From Vibrio cholerae ATCC 14035 (lineage in GTDB: Bacteria; Pseudomonadota; Gammaproteobacteria; Enterobacterales; Vibrionaceae): a stretch of 32,000 nt of DNA. Below, in pieces: positions 7,882-20,019 of this stretch. A program made the translations under genes and the position numbers. Position 1 is the stretch's first letter; every line of letters starts with the position of its first letter. The DNA lies in assembly GCF_000621645.1 (NCBI RefSeq), contig NZ_JHXR01000003.1, forward strand, positions 30,001 through 62,000, in the 5' to 3' direction. The notes under the pieces are model-generated. The model did no database searches. It was not told the origin of the DNA and saw only the letters and a list, made by a program, of their open reading frames with translations.

Positions 7882-9166
7882 TCAAACGCGCACTTCGCCA
7901 CTGGTTAATCGCTTACTAAAGATGATTTCACTGTGTGCGCTTGGGTATTTGCTGATCATTTTGGCCATCATTATTCCACGCGGCATACAGAGTGTTGAGC
8001 AGCAAAAACAAGAGCTGGAAGAGAAGCTTGCGCTCTCCTTGAGTAACTCGGCGGCCATTGCACTGTATGTGAATAATTACGATATTGCCTCCGAGGTGAT
8101 GGATGCGCTGCTGCTCCATCAAGAGATCAATGCGGTTAAGTTAGCCAGCGTGGATGGCATTGTCTTTGAACGAACCACCATGCCCACAACCTACAAAGAA
8201 CAGAATTATTGGAGTGATGCGAACCGCTACCGATTAGATTCTCCCGTAGATGGTAATTTGATTGGCTATCTGATGATTCATGAGGATCATCAGGTAATTC
8301 GTCAGCAAGCCATTAATCAGATTCTTGATCAGATAGCCGTGGTTTTGATCCAGTTTCTCGTGACTTTTATTGCGCTTATCTGGATCGTTCGCCGCTTGGT
8401 CGGTAAACCCCTGACGGATCTTTCACAGGCGTTATCCGAAGTGCGGCCAGATCATGATCGCAAAGTGGCGGTAGCCGCAGAAGATCACCACAACGAGATT
8501 GGTTTGGTAGCCAAAAGCATCAATGAATTTATCGACGCTTCCCATCAAGCCTTGCTGCGTGAGCGCGAGCTGCGTCAACAGATTGAACGTTGGGAAAGCT
8601 ACTATCGCACCATTGCCGAACAAGACACTCTGACGGGACTAAAAAACCGTTTAGGTTGTGAGAAGTTCGTGCTCCGCAAACAGCGTGCTAGCACCACCAT
8701 GGTACTGCTATTGATTGATTTGGATGGTTTTAAGCAGGTGAATGATACCTTGGGGCATGCGGCTGGTGATGAGGTATTACGTGAAATCGCTAAGCGTTTT
8801 TATGCCTTGGCGCAAACGCACTTTTCTGATTTTGTGGTCGGACGGCTCGGTGGCGATGAGTTTGCTATTTACATTCCGCTTGATGAATTTGTTGCCGAAT
8901 CTATCGAGCGGTTTGCGGCTCAGTTGATCGAATCCTCCTCTGAGCCGATTGCATTGGGTCAGCAGAGTGCGCAAGTGGGTTGCAGTATCGGGATTAGTCA
9001 TATGAACAGTCTGCACATTGACTTAGAAAAACTGCTGCTACAAGCCGATAAAGCCATGTACTGGGTCAAATACAGAGGCAAACATGGCTATCATATTTAT
9101 CGAATGGGGGAAGAGATCCTGCCTCTTCCCAGTGCGAAAGAACTCAAGCAGGATCAGTTCAGATAG
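7874..9166 (+). CDS. Membrane diguanylate cyclase: TM, ~115-aa periplasmic domain, TM, HAMP-like linker, GGDEF
   Basis: 430 aa. TM1 is MISLCALGYLLIILAIIIP and TM2 is IAVVLIQFLVTFIALIWIV. A HAMP-like segment (RRLVGKPLTDLSQAL...NEIGLVAKSINEFIDA) follows, then a GGDEF domain (LTGLKNR...LIDLDGFKQVNDTLGHAAGDEVL...RLGGDEFAIY). ATGACTGA overlap with the upstream gene. Confidence 0.85.
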   Translation: MTDQTRTSPLVNRLLKMISLCALGYLLIILAIIIPRGIQSVEQQKQELEEKLALSLSNSAAIALYVNNYDIASEVMDALLLHQEINAVKLASVDGIVFERTTMPTTYKEQNYWSDANRYRLDSPVDGNLIGYLMIHEDHQVIRQQAINQILDQIAVVLIQFLVTFIALIWIVRRLVGKPLTDLSQALSEVRPDHDRKVAVAAEDHHNEIGLVAKSINEFIDASHQALLRERELRQQIERWESYYRTIAEQDTLTGLKNRLGCEKFVLRKQRASTTMVLLLIDLDGFKQVNDTLGHAAGDEVLREIAKRFYALAQTHFSDFVVGRLGGDEFAIYIPLDEFVAESIERFAAQLIESSSEPIALGQQSAQVGCSIGISHMNSLHIDLEKLLLQADKAMYWVKYRGKHGYHIYRMGEEILPLPSAKELKQDQFR

Positions 9167-11937
9167 TCGCGAGAGGCTTCGAGCACTTTCGCCATCTCAT
9201 CTTGCAGCTCAAATAACTCAGGCTCTAACTCATCGATGCTCGCCCCATTGCGCAGCGCTTGCTCCAAACTGGCGCAGATTTTTCGCAGGCGCGGTACGCC
9301 GCTGTACGAACAACTGCCATGCAACTTATGGATATGATGCAGCAGATCGCTAGCGGGGTATTCTTCATCCTCAAGCGCAGTATTGACCACAGTTTCGACT
9401 TCCCGCAAATAATCGACCAACATCCCGAGCATCTCTTTGGCGAGATCCTCTTTATTGGCGGATTGGCGCAGCGCGACAGGCCAATCAATAATGGCCTCTT
9501 CTGCTGGCGGTGATGAGGGTAAGGCGTTAGATATGACCGCGGCACCATCGGGTGGAGTCACTTTCGCGACCTGTTTACTGCGCGTGTGCGGGCTCCAATG
9601 GACTAACACTTGTTGCAGAATATGCTCTTCAATCGGTTTGGTCAGGTAATCATCCATCCCCGCTTTCAGTAGACGGTCACGCTCGCCTGCCATGGCATGT
9701 GCGGTGACCGCAATGACTGGCGTATCACGATACCCTTTGAGCTGCTTGATCGCTTTACAAGCGGTCACTCCATCCATGTGCGGCATTTGAATGTCCATCA
9801 AGATGATATCGAACTGACGGCTCTGAGCTTGCTCAATCGCCTCCTGACCGCTGGTGCAAGAGACCACGTACTCAACCCGCTCTTGCAATAGCGCAGTGAT
9901 GAGTTTGAGGTTGGCTGGATTATCATCGACCGCCATGACGCACAGCGGAAGCTTATCGGCTTGAGGTTTGGGCAAACTGGTATTGGCGAGTTGCGGCTGT
10001 TGCGCTGCCAAGGTTTGTAGCAGTTTTTTGCGAGATAAAGGCTTACTGATGCATTTTACTGGGTAGCGCTGCATCAATTGGTCGGCGAGCGCCAGTTCTG
10101 TGCTCGGCACACCGACAATCACATTGTGGGTCATGGCTAACGCACGCTGCACCCAAAGCTCCACCAAGGTCGGATTGGTCTCTTTACTTGGCGCTAAGTT
10201 GAGCAGTACATAGTCGTAAACGTGTTGCTCTTCCGGAATCGCTGAGCGGTACGTCACTTCTAAACCACTTTGGACCAGCGTTTGCTGCACAATCGCAGCG
10301 GCTTGCATATTGGGCTCAATCAGCAGTAAGTGGCGATGATTGAGCGAGTCCGCGTTATAACCGTCATTGAGAGGCAGCTCTGTGGTATGCAGGCGAAGCG
10401 TGAACCAGAAGGTTGAACCTTGGTGCAAACGGCTGGTGAGGCTGATTTCTCCGCCCATATGGCTGACCAGTTTTTGGGTAATCACCAGCCCAAGTCCTGT
10501 ACCGCCATAACGGCGTGAAATACTGGCATCCGCTTGGCTAAAGGCTTGGAATAACTGAGCTTGCTGGCGCTCAGAAATGCCAATTCCGGTGTCGCGCACC
10601 ATAAATTGTAGGTCGATCACATCATCGCGTAGCGCGCGCATTTCCACGCTCACGTCTATATTACCCCGTTCGGTAAACTTAATGGAGTTACCGACCAAGT
10701 TGGTCAAGACTTGCTGAATCCGTAGCGGATCGCCCACCACGCCGCGCGGAATTTTCGGGTCAATCTTGAGGGTGATTTCTAACCCTTTTTCATGCGCGCT
10801 GGTGGCTTGCAGATTAACCACCTCTTCCAATACTTCTTGGAATTCAAACGGAATATTCTCCAAAGCCAGCTTACCGGCTTCGAGTTTGGAAAAATCTAAA
10901 ATGTCATTGATGATGGTGAGAAGGTTATTGGCTGATTTTTCAATGGTTTGTAGATAGTCTGCTTGGCTGTTGGTCAGCTGGGTTTTCAGCATTTGCCGCG
11001 TAAAACCAATCACACCATTGAGTGGGGTGCGCAGCTCATGGGACATGTTAGCCAGAAATTCGGATTTCACTCGTGCCGCTTCTTGAGCGCGCTTTTTGGC
11101 AATATCGAGTTCAACGTTTTGAATCTCAAGCTGTTCAAGGGTTTCTCGGAGATCAGACGTCGCTTGGTCGATACTGTGCTGCATTTCGACATGGTATTCG
11201 GAGAGCGATACCGCCATCGCGTTGATGCCTTTTTTCAGCGTATCCAACTCGCCGTGCATTTTACCTTCAATCCGCACATCCAAATGGCCGCGACGAATGC
11301 GGTCGACCATATTTTTCATGTGAGTGATTGGGCGAGTCACATCGTACATCAAGCGCGAAGCAAATACCCCTGACAGCAAAATCCCGATCACTAGCACTAA
11401 ACCTGCGGAAAAAATTTCCTGATACTGTTGTAAACGCAGTGAGGAGAGATCCAGTTCTATCGCAATATAACCCATCACCGGTGTGGCGGGATTGGCATCG
11501 CCATTGTCGAGCACGGTGCGTTCAGAAATGATCGGCGTTCGTAATATCAGCGTGTTCTCGTCAATCGCGGAACTACTCAGAAACGGGATCGGCTTATCCT
11601 TGGGATACATCAGCTTTTCGAAATTGGGGTGGAAGTTCGAGGTGACAAACAGCTCATGATTGGCATCAAACACCGCGATGCTGCGTACTAACTTAGAATT
11701 CTTACGGTGGGCATAGCTGATAATGCGTCGCACCGATTCTCGGCTCTGCATACGCAGCGCATCTTCACTGGCGATCGCTAATGGCTCAATGATGCTGGCA
11801 CCGGAATTGATCACTTGAGTTTCTAAATCGTGATAACGGTTAAAAGAGAACAGAGCGCTAAGCAGCAGACCAATAATCAGGGTAGGTGCCAAAGTGAGCG
11901 TCATAACGCGGGCGCGCAAGCCATATCTTTGAGTCAT
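9154..11937 (-). CDS. barA: Hybrid sensor histidine kinase BarA (VarS in V. cholerae) of the BarA/UvrY (VarS/VarA) system
   Basis: 927 aa. The N-terminus MTQRYGLRARVMTLTLAPTLIIGLLLS resembles E. coli BarA. Has HAMP, the H-box SHELRTPLNGVIGF, an HATPase domain, a receiver (DIILMDIQMPHMDG) and a C-terminal HPt (HKLHGSCSYSGV). Confidence 0.95.
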   Translation of the reverse strand: MTQRYGLRARVMTLTLAPTLIIGLLLSALFSFNRYHDLETQVINSGASIIEPLAIASEDALRMQSRESVRRIISYAHRKNSKLVRSIAVFDANHELFVTSNFHPNFEKLMYPKDKPIPFLSSSAIDENTLILRTPIISERTVLDNGDANPATPVMGYIAIELDLSSLRLQQYQEIFSAGLVLVIGILLSGVFASRLMYDVTRPITHMKNMVDRIRRGHLDVRIEGKMHGELDTLKKGINAMAVSLSEYHVEMQHSIDQATSDLRETLEQLEIQNVELDIAKKRAQEAARVKSEFLANMSHELRTPLNGVIGFTRQMLKTQLTNSQADYLQTIEKSANNLLTIINDILDFSKLEAGKLALENIPFEFQEVLEEVVNLQATSAHEKGLEITLKIDPKIPRGVVGDPLRIQQVLTNLVGNSIKFTERGNIDVSVEMRALRDDVIDLQFMVRDTGIGISERQQAQLFQAFSQADASISRRYGGTGLGLVITQKLVSHMGGEISLTSRLHQGSTFWFTLRLHTTELPLNDGYNADSLNHRHLLLIEPNMQAAAIVQQTLVQSGLEVTYRSAIPEEQHVYDYVLLNLAPSKETNPTLVELWVQRALAMTHNVIVGVPSTELALADQLMQRYPVKCISKPLSRKKLLQTLAAQQPQLANTSLPKPQADKLPLCVMAVDDNPANLKLITALLQERVEYVVSCTSGQEAIEQAQSRQFDIILMDIQMPHMDGVTACKAIKQLKGYRDTPVIAVTAHAMAGERDRLLKAGMDDYLTKPIEEHILQQVLVHWSPHTRSKQVAKVTPPDGAAVISNALPSSPPAEEAIIDWPVALRQSANKEDLAKEMLGMLVDYLREVETVVNTALEDEEYPASDLLHHIHKLHGSCSYSGVPRLRKICASLEQALRNGASIDELEPELFELQDEMAKVLEASRDYLN

Positions 11938-12108
11938 TATTGTCTAAACATTGTGGTGTGGATATGGGAAAATACCCCGCACAAATCGGATTGCGTGGGG
12001 AAACGTTGGCGTTAGCTTAATCAACTCCCTCATCTTCGACAATCTCCCCCGTGCAGAATAGTGATGCCGGGGCGAAAACAAATCTATTTCAACACTTGAG
12101 CACAGAGC

Positions 12109-13431
12109 ATGGCACGTTTCTTTCAACCGAAAAAGCACAGCACGTTAGACACAAAGCATCAGCCGGTCACTATTGAACGGTTGGATCACCAAGGCAGCGG
12201 ACTGGCCTTTTTACACAAGAAACCCTTGTTTGTTGACGGCGCTTTGCCGGGGGAAGAGGTGCTGATTCAGCTCACTGAAAACAAGAGCAAATACGCGCGC
12301 GGTCAACTGATTAAAGTGTTGAAACCCAGCGCTGAGCGTGTTGCACCTTTCTGTGCGCATTATGCGCAATGTGGTGGTTGTGATTTACAGCATCTTGACC
12401 GAGCGGGACAAATCCATCACAAGCAGCAAGCCTTAAGTCAATTAATGGTGAAGTTTGCAGGGCAGAGTCTTGCTCTGTCTGCGCCAGTTTGTTCTGATGA
12501 TCAAGGCTACCGTCGTCGCGCACGCTTAAGCCTGATGTGGGATAAGAAAACTCAGCAACTACAATTGGGTTTTCGCCGCAAGCAGAGCAAAGCGATTGTT
12601 AATGTGACCGATTGCCCCGTGCTGGAGCCGAGTTTAAATGCGCTGTTGCCTGATTTGAACGCTTTGTTGAGTGAGTGGAGTCAACCTGAGCGGTTGGGGC
12701 ATGTCGAATTGGTGAAAGGGGATAACACTCGCGTGTTGGTGCTGCGCCATTTAGGCGCGCTGATTGAGCAAGATCAGCAGCGTTTGACTGACTTTGCTTC
12801 GCAAAACCAACTAACCTTATATCTGATGCTGGAAGCCGGCGAGTTGCAACATGTGCAAGGTGAAGCGCCATACTGTGAAGAAACAGGCAGCCGCTTAAGT
12901 TTCTTGCCCAGCCATTTTATTCAGGTCAATCGCGCGGTGAATCAGCACATGGTCGCGCAAGCCTTGAATTGGCTTGAGGTTAGCCCACAAGAACACGTGC
13001 TCGATCTCTTCTGTGGCTTAGGAAATTTCACGCTGCCGCTGGCCAAACAAGCGCAAGCGGTGGTGGGTGTTGAAGGTGTTGATGAGATGGTGCAACACGC
13101 CACTCATAACGCGAAATTGAACCAAATCAATAATGTGGCGTTTTATCAGGCCAATTTGGAACAAGATATGACGAGCGCCTCATGGGCGCAGCAGAAATTT
13201 GCTAAAGTACTGCTCGACCCAGCCCGCGCAGGCGCAGAAGGGATTGTGGATCAACTCTCTGCGTTAGGTGCCAAGCGGGTTGTGTACGTGTCGTGTAACC
13301 CTGCGACATTAGCACGAGACAGTCAAAGCTTGCTGAGCCAAGGATTTCGCTTAGAGAAACTGGGGATGCTCGATATGTTCCCGCACACCAGTCATCTCGA
13401 GTCCATGGCTTTGTTTGTGAAAAAGGGCTAG
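12109..13431 (+). CDS. rlmD: 23S rRNA (uracil1939-C5)-methyltransferase RlmD (RumA)
   Basis: 440 aa with an N-terminal TRAM-like domain, the Fe-S cysteine cluster [14 protein letters not shown] and a SAM-MTase domain ([27 protein letters not shown]). Sits between barA and relA as in E. coli. Confidence 0.9.
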   Translation: MARFFQPKKHSTLDTKHQPVTIERLDHQGSGLAFLHKKPLFVDGALPGEEVLIQLTENKSKYARGQLIKVLKPSAERVAPFCAHYAQCGGCDLQHLDRAGQIHHKQQALSQLMVKFAGQSLALSAPVCSDDQGYRRRARLSLMWDKKTQQLQLGFRRKQSKAIVNVTDCPVLEPSLNALLPDLNALLSEWSQPERLGHVELVKGDNTRVLVLRHLGALIEQDQQRLTDFASQNQLTLYLMLEAGELQHVQGEAPYCEETGSRLSFLPSHFIQVNRAVNQHMVAQALNWLEVSPQEHVLDLFCGLGNFTLPLAKQAQAVVGVEGVDEMVQHATHNAKLNQINNVAFYQANLEQDMTSASWAQQKFAKVLLDPARAGAEGIVDQLSALGAKRVVYVSCNPATLARDSQSLLSQGFRLEKLGMLDMFPHTSHLESMALFVKKG

Positions 13432-13494
13432 CGATTGAACTCCTGATACGAGCGTCAGTCGAAGGCTAAAAATACAATTATTAGGACGATATCA

Positions 13495-15711
13495 ATGGTT
13501 GCGGTACGAAGCGCACACTTAAACCCAGACCAACAGTTTGAGCTAGAAACATGGATAGCCAGCCTGACCCAAGAGGGGAAAACGGCCGCTAAATTAACCG
13601 CAGTGTATCGCGATTGCGAGCAACTGTTGGCGGGCAATCCACAAGGGCCTCTGCTGCTTTGGCGTGGGCGGGAAATGATCGAAATTTTGATCACCCTATC
13701 GATGGACCGCCCAACGTTGGTGGCGGCTTTGCTATTTCCGATCGCCACCAGTGGTGTGCTGGATAATGAGTCGCTTGAAGAGGGATATGGCCGCGAAGTG
13801 GTTAAGCTTATCCACGGCGTGGAAGAGATGGCGGCGATTGGCCAGCTCAACGTCACCATGCATGGCAGTGAAGCGTCAGCGCAAGTGGATAACGTGCGCC
13901 GTATGCTACTGGCGATGGTGGATGATTTCCGCTGCGTGGTGATTAAGCTTGCCGAGCGGATCTGCAACTTGCGTGAAGTGAAAAACGAGCCAGATGAAGT
14001 GCGCCGCGTGGCTGCCAAAGAGTGTGCCAACATCTATGCGCCACTGGCTAACCGCCTTGGCATTGGTCAGCTCAAATGGGAAATTGAAGACTACGCGTTT
14101 CGTTACCAACAACCGGATACCTATAAACAGATCGCCAAACAGCTTTCTGAGCGTCGCATCGTGCGTGAGCAGTACATTCGTGATTTTGTCAGCGACCTGC
14201 GTGCTGAGATGAAGCAATCCGGGATTAACGCTGAAGTCAGCGGTCGCCCGAAACACATCTACAGCATCTGGCGCAAAATGCAGAAGAAAAGCCTCGCTTT
14301 TGATGAACTGTTTGATGTGCGTGCGGTGCGGATTATTGCTGATAAGCTGCAAGACTGTTATGCCGCGCTTGGCATTGTGCACACTAAATACAAGCACTTA
14401 CCGAACGAGTTTGATGATTATGTAGCGAACCCCAAACCGAACGGTTACCAGTCCATTCATACCGTGATTTTGGGGCCGGAAGGCAAAACCATCGAGATCC
14501 AGATCCGAACCAAGCAGATGCATGAAGAGTCAGAGCTTGGGGTAGCGGCACACTGGAAATACAAAGAGGGCAGCAGTGCAGCACGCAGTGGCTACGATGA
14601 GAAGATCACTTGGCTGCGTAAACTGCTCGATTGGCAAGAAGAGATGTCCGATTCGGGCGAGATGCTCGACGAACTGCGCAGCCAAGTGTTTGATGATCGC
14701 GTCTACGCCTTTACCCCGAAAGGCGATGTGGTTGACTTACCTATGGGCGCGACCCCGCTCGATTTTGCCTACCACATTCACTCCGAAGTGGGGCATCGCT
14801 GTATTGGCGCGAAAGTGGCAGGACGTATCGTACCTTTCACTCACAAATTGCAGATGGGCGATCAGGTTGAAATCATCACCGCCAAAGAGCCGAATCCATC
14901 ACGCGATTGGTTGAACCCATCTCTTGGTTTCGTTCATTCAGGGCGTGCGCGCGCTAAGATTAATGCTTGGTTCCGCAAACAGAGCCGTGAAAAAAATCTC
15001 GAAGCGGGACGGGAAATTCTCGAAATCGAACTGGCGAAAATCGGTGCCAATCTCAAGCACGCCGAGGCGTATGCGCTCAAGCGCTTTAACGTCAATAGCG
15101 TGGATGAAATGTACGTTGGTATCGGCAGTGGCGATCTGCGTATCAATCAGATCGTGAACCATATCAATGCGTTAGTGAATAAACCGACCGCTGAGGAAGA
15201 AGATAAGCTCGCGCTGGAAAAACTGCAGGAAAACAAAACCCTAACACCGAATCGCCCGCATAAAGATGCGGTGGTGGTGGAAGGGGTCGATAACCTGATG
15301 ACCCACCTTGCGCGTTGCTGTCAGCCAATCCCAGGCGATGAAATCCGTGGCTACATTACCCAAGGCCGTGGTATTTCGGTGCACCGCAGCGACTGCGAGC
15401 AGCTCGAGGAGCTTAGCCTTCATGCACCAGAGCGTATCATTGATACCGTATGGGGCAGTGGTTTTGTAGGCTCTTATCTACTGACCGTACGTGTTGAAGC
15501 GATGGAGCGCAGTGGCTTACTGAAAGACATCACGACTTTGCTGGCCAATGAGAAAGTCAAAGTGGCGAGTATGAAGAGCCGCTCCGACTATAAACGCCAA
15601 ATCATCATCATGGATTTCGATCTTGAGGTGAACAACGTCGAAGCTTTAGCGCGCGTTTCTAAACGCATCGAGCAGATCAAAGATGTTATGTTGGTCAAAC
15701 GCTTAGGTTAA
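13495..15711 (+). CDS. relA: GTP pyrophosphokinase RelA ((p)ppGpp synthetase I)
   Basis: 738 aa. The N-terminus MVAVRSAHLN... matches E. coli RelA. Contains the synthetase domain (GRPKHIYSIWRKMQKK) plus TGS and ACT-like C-terminal regions. Confidence 0.97.
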   Translation: MVAVRSAHLNPDQQFELETWIASLTQEGKTAAKLTAVYRDCEQLLAGNPQGPLLLWRGREMIEILITLSMDRPTLVAALLFPIATSGVLDNESLEEGYGREVVKLIHGVEEMAAIGQLNVTMHGSEASAQVDNVRRMLLAMVDDFRCVVIKLAERICNLREVKNEPDEVRRVAAKECANIYAPLANRLGIGQLKWEIEDYAFRYQQPDTYKQIAKQLSERRIVREQYIRDFVSDLRAEMKQSGINAEVSGRPKHIYSIWRKMQKKSLAFDELFDVRAVRIIADKLQDCYAALGIVHTKYKHLPNEFDDYVANPKPNGYQSIHTVILGPEGKTIEIQIRTKQMHEESELGVAAHWKYKEGSSAARSGYDEKITWLRKLLDWQEEMSDSGEMLDELRSQVFDDRVYAFTPKGDVVDLPMGATPLDFAYHIHSEVGHRCIGAKVAGRIVPFTHKLQMGDQVEIITAKEPNPSRDWLNPSLGFVHSGRARAKINAWFRKQSREKNLEAGREILEIELAKIGANLKHAEAYALKRFNVNSVDEMYVGIGSGDLRINQIVNHINALVNKPTAEEEDKLALEKLQENKTLTPNRPHKDAVVVEGVDNLMTHLARCCQPIPGDEIRGYITQGRGISVHRSDCEQLEELSLHAPERIIDTVWGSGFVGSYLLTVRVEAMERSGLLKDITTLLANEKVKVASMKSRSDYKRQIIIMDFDLEVNNVEALARVSKRIEQIKDVMLVKRLG

Positions 15712-15723
15712 ATCCAACGCAAA

Positions 15724-15764
15724 CAGCGAGGTGTGAAGTGAAAACTTCCACCTCGTTGCTTTTT
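15724..15764 (+). terminator. Terminator-like hairpin after relA
   Basis: CGAGGTG (15727-15733) pairs with CACCTCG (15749-15755). There is an inner GAAG/CTTC extension, and TTGCTTTTT follows. Confidence 0.55.
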
Positions 15765-15810
15765 CAACGTCAATACGTTTAGGCGCTCAATGCCTGATGT
15801 GAGGAAAGCC

Positions 15811-16626
15811 ATGTCACACCCGATTGAACAACTCGAACAGATCATGCGCCGCTTGCGTGACCCAGAACAAGGTTGCCCGTGGGATAAAGAGCAAACCTTC
15901 GACACCATTGCACCTTACACCATTGAAGAAACCTTTGAAGTGGTGGATGCCATCACCCAGCGCGATTGGCCTAACCTGCGTGAAGAGTTGGGGGATTTGC
16001 TGTTTCAGGTGATTTTCTACAGCCAAATGGCCAAAGAACAAGGCTTGTTTGAGTTTCGTGATGTGGTGGAAACGGTCAATGAGAAACTGACCCGCCGCCA
16101 TCCTCATGTGTTTGGGGATATCACCTTTGAAAATGACGCGCAAATTCACGCCAATTGGGAAGCGGAAAAAGCCAAAGAAAAAGCGCAAGCAGGCAAAAGT
16201 GAGCAAAGTATTCTAGACTCTGTACCACGTTCGTTGCCCGCTTTATCGCGTGCCCACAAGATCCAGAAAAAGTGTGCTCAATACGGATTTGATTGGGATA
16301 GCCTTGGCCCTGTGGTTGAAAAAGTGCACGAAGAAGTCGAAGAGGTGATGGAAGAAGCGCTGCAAGTGGATGTGGATACGCAAAAAGTCGAGGAAGAGCT
16401 AGGTGATCTTTTATTCGCAACCGTCAATTTAGTGCGTCATTTAGGTCATGATCCTGAAATGGCGCTGAGTAAAGCCAACGCCAAATTTGTGCGCCGTTTT
16501 CAAGGTGTCGAGGACAAAGCCAGAGCGAAAAATAAGCCGCTGCACGCGTACACTTTGGCTGAACTCGACGGATTTTGGGATGAAGTAAAACTTGAAGAAA
16601 AACAGGCAATAAAGTCATTTTCCTGA
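15811..16626 (+). CDS. mazG: Nucleoside triphosphate pyrophosphohydrolase MazG
   Basis: I prefer the start at 15811 ([30 protein letters not shown]...). It aligns with the E. coli MazG N-terminus and has GAGGA 5 nt upstream. The track start at 15790 adds 7 aa. Two tandem MazG domains. Confidence 0.9.
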   Translation: MSHPIEQLEQIMRRLRDPEQGCPWDKEQTFDTIAPYTIEETFEVVDAITQRDWPNLREELGDLLFQVIFYSQMAKEQGLFEFRDVVETVNEKLTRRHPHVFGDITFENDAQIHANWEAEKAKEKAQAGKSEQSILDSVPRSLPALSRAHKIQKKCAQYGFDWDSLGPVVEKVHEEVEEVMEEALQVDVDTQKVEEELGDLLFATVNLVRHLGHDPEMALSKANAKFVRRFQGVEDKARAKNKPLHAYTLAELDGFWDEVKLEEKQAIKSFS

Positions 16627-16774
16627 CGGAGTGTGAAAAATAACAATCAATCTACAGTCAAGCTTAATGGTTGATTAAGCAGCAAATTTGTCTTGTGCGA
16701 AAAAAGAGCGCGCTTTGAGACAAAAGTGACTCAGATAATGTGCCCAACACAGTGTTTGCTTCAATTTGGTTTGA

Positions 16775-18538
<1,764 letters not shown>

Positions 18539-18546
18539 AAGGATAC

Positions 18547-18585
18547 GGGTAGCCACTTTAGCAGTGTGGCTACCCTTTTAGTTTT
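18547..18585 (+). terminator. Hairpin plus T-run between pyrG and eno (partial terminator or attenuator)
   Basis: GGGTAGCCAC (18547-18556) pairs with GTGGCTACCC (18566-18575), followed by TTTTAGTTTT. Confidence 0.5.
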
Positions 18586-18604
18586 GACATTTAAATTCAA
18601 TTGA

Positions 18605-19918
<1,314 letters not shown>

Positions 19919-19965
19919 TTTTAAGCGAGCGCCTTCGCGACTGTTGACGATAACAGTCTCGCGAT

Positions 19966-19995
19966 AAAAAACGCCCTGCATTGCAGGGCGTTTTG
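19966..19995. terminator. Bidirectional intrinsic terminator between convergent eno and cca
   Basis: AAAAACGCCCTGC (19966-19979), a 3-nt loop, then GCAGGGCGTTTT (19983-19994). The stem is flanked by A-runs and T-runs, so it can work on both strands. A second imperfect hairpin lies just upstream (TCGCGACTGTT...AACAGTCTCGCGA, 19935-19964). Confidence 0.7.
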
Positions 19996-20019
19996 CTTTC
20001 TACGGTTGCAGGCAACGAA

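Noticed and set aside
9225-11531. Multiple 60-136-aa ORFs on both strands within barA (for example 10963-11373 and 9225-9548)
   Set aside because: All lie inside the 927-aa BarA/VarS ORF, which has a full H-box, receiver and HPt architecture. None has an SD or a recognisable domain.
11975-12072. Two GC-clamped hairpins (CCCCGCA...TGCGTGGGG at 11975-12000 and CCCCG...CGGGG at 12047-12072) in the barA/rlmD divergent spacer, considered as an sRNA or attenuator
   Set aside because: The stems are short (5-7 bp with bulges or wobbles). Only the first has a modest T-run on the minus strand. I saw no promoter-like elements framing an sRNA, and no GGA-repeat pattern of the Csr type.
13455-14033. 192-aa minus-strand ORF overlapping the relA 5' region
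   Set aside because: It is antisense to a relA sequence with unmistakable homology. Its product is Ser/Thr/Arg-rich and low-complexity with no recognisable motif and no SD. It is a typical shadow ORF of a codon-biased gene.
15814-16420. 130-aa and 99-aa minus-strand ORFs inside mazG
   Set aside because: They are antisense to the well-supported MazG frame and have no motifs.
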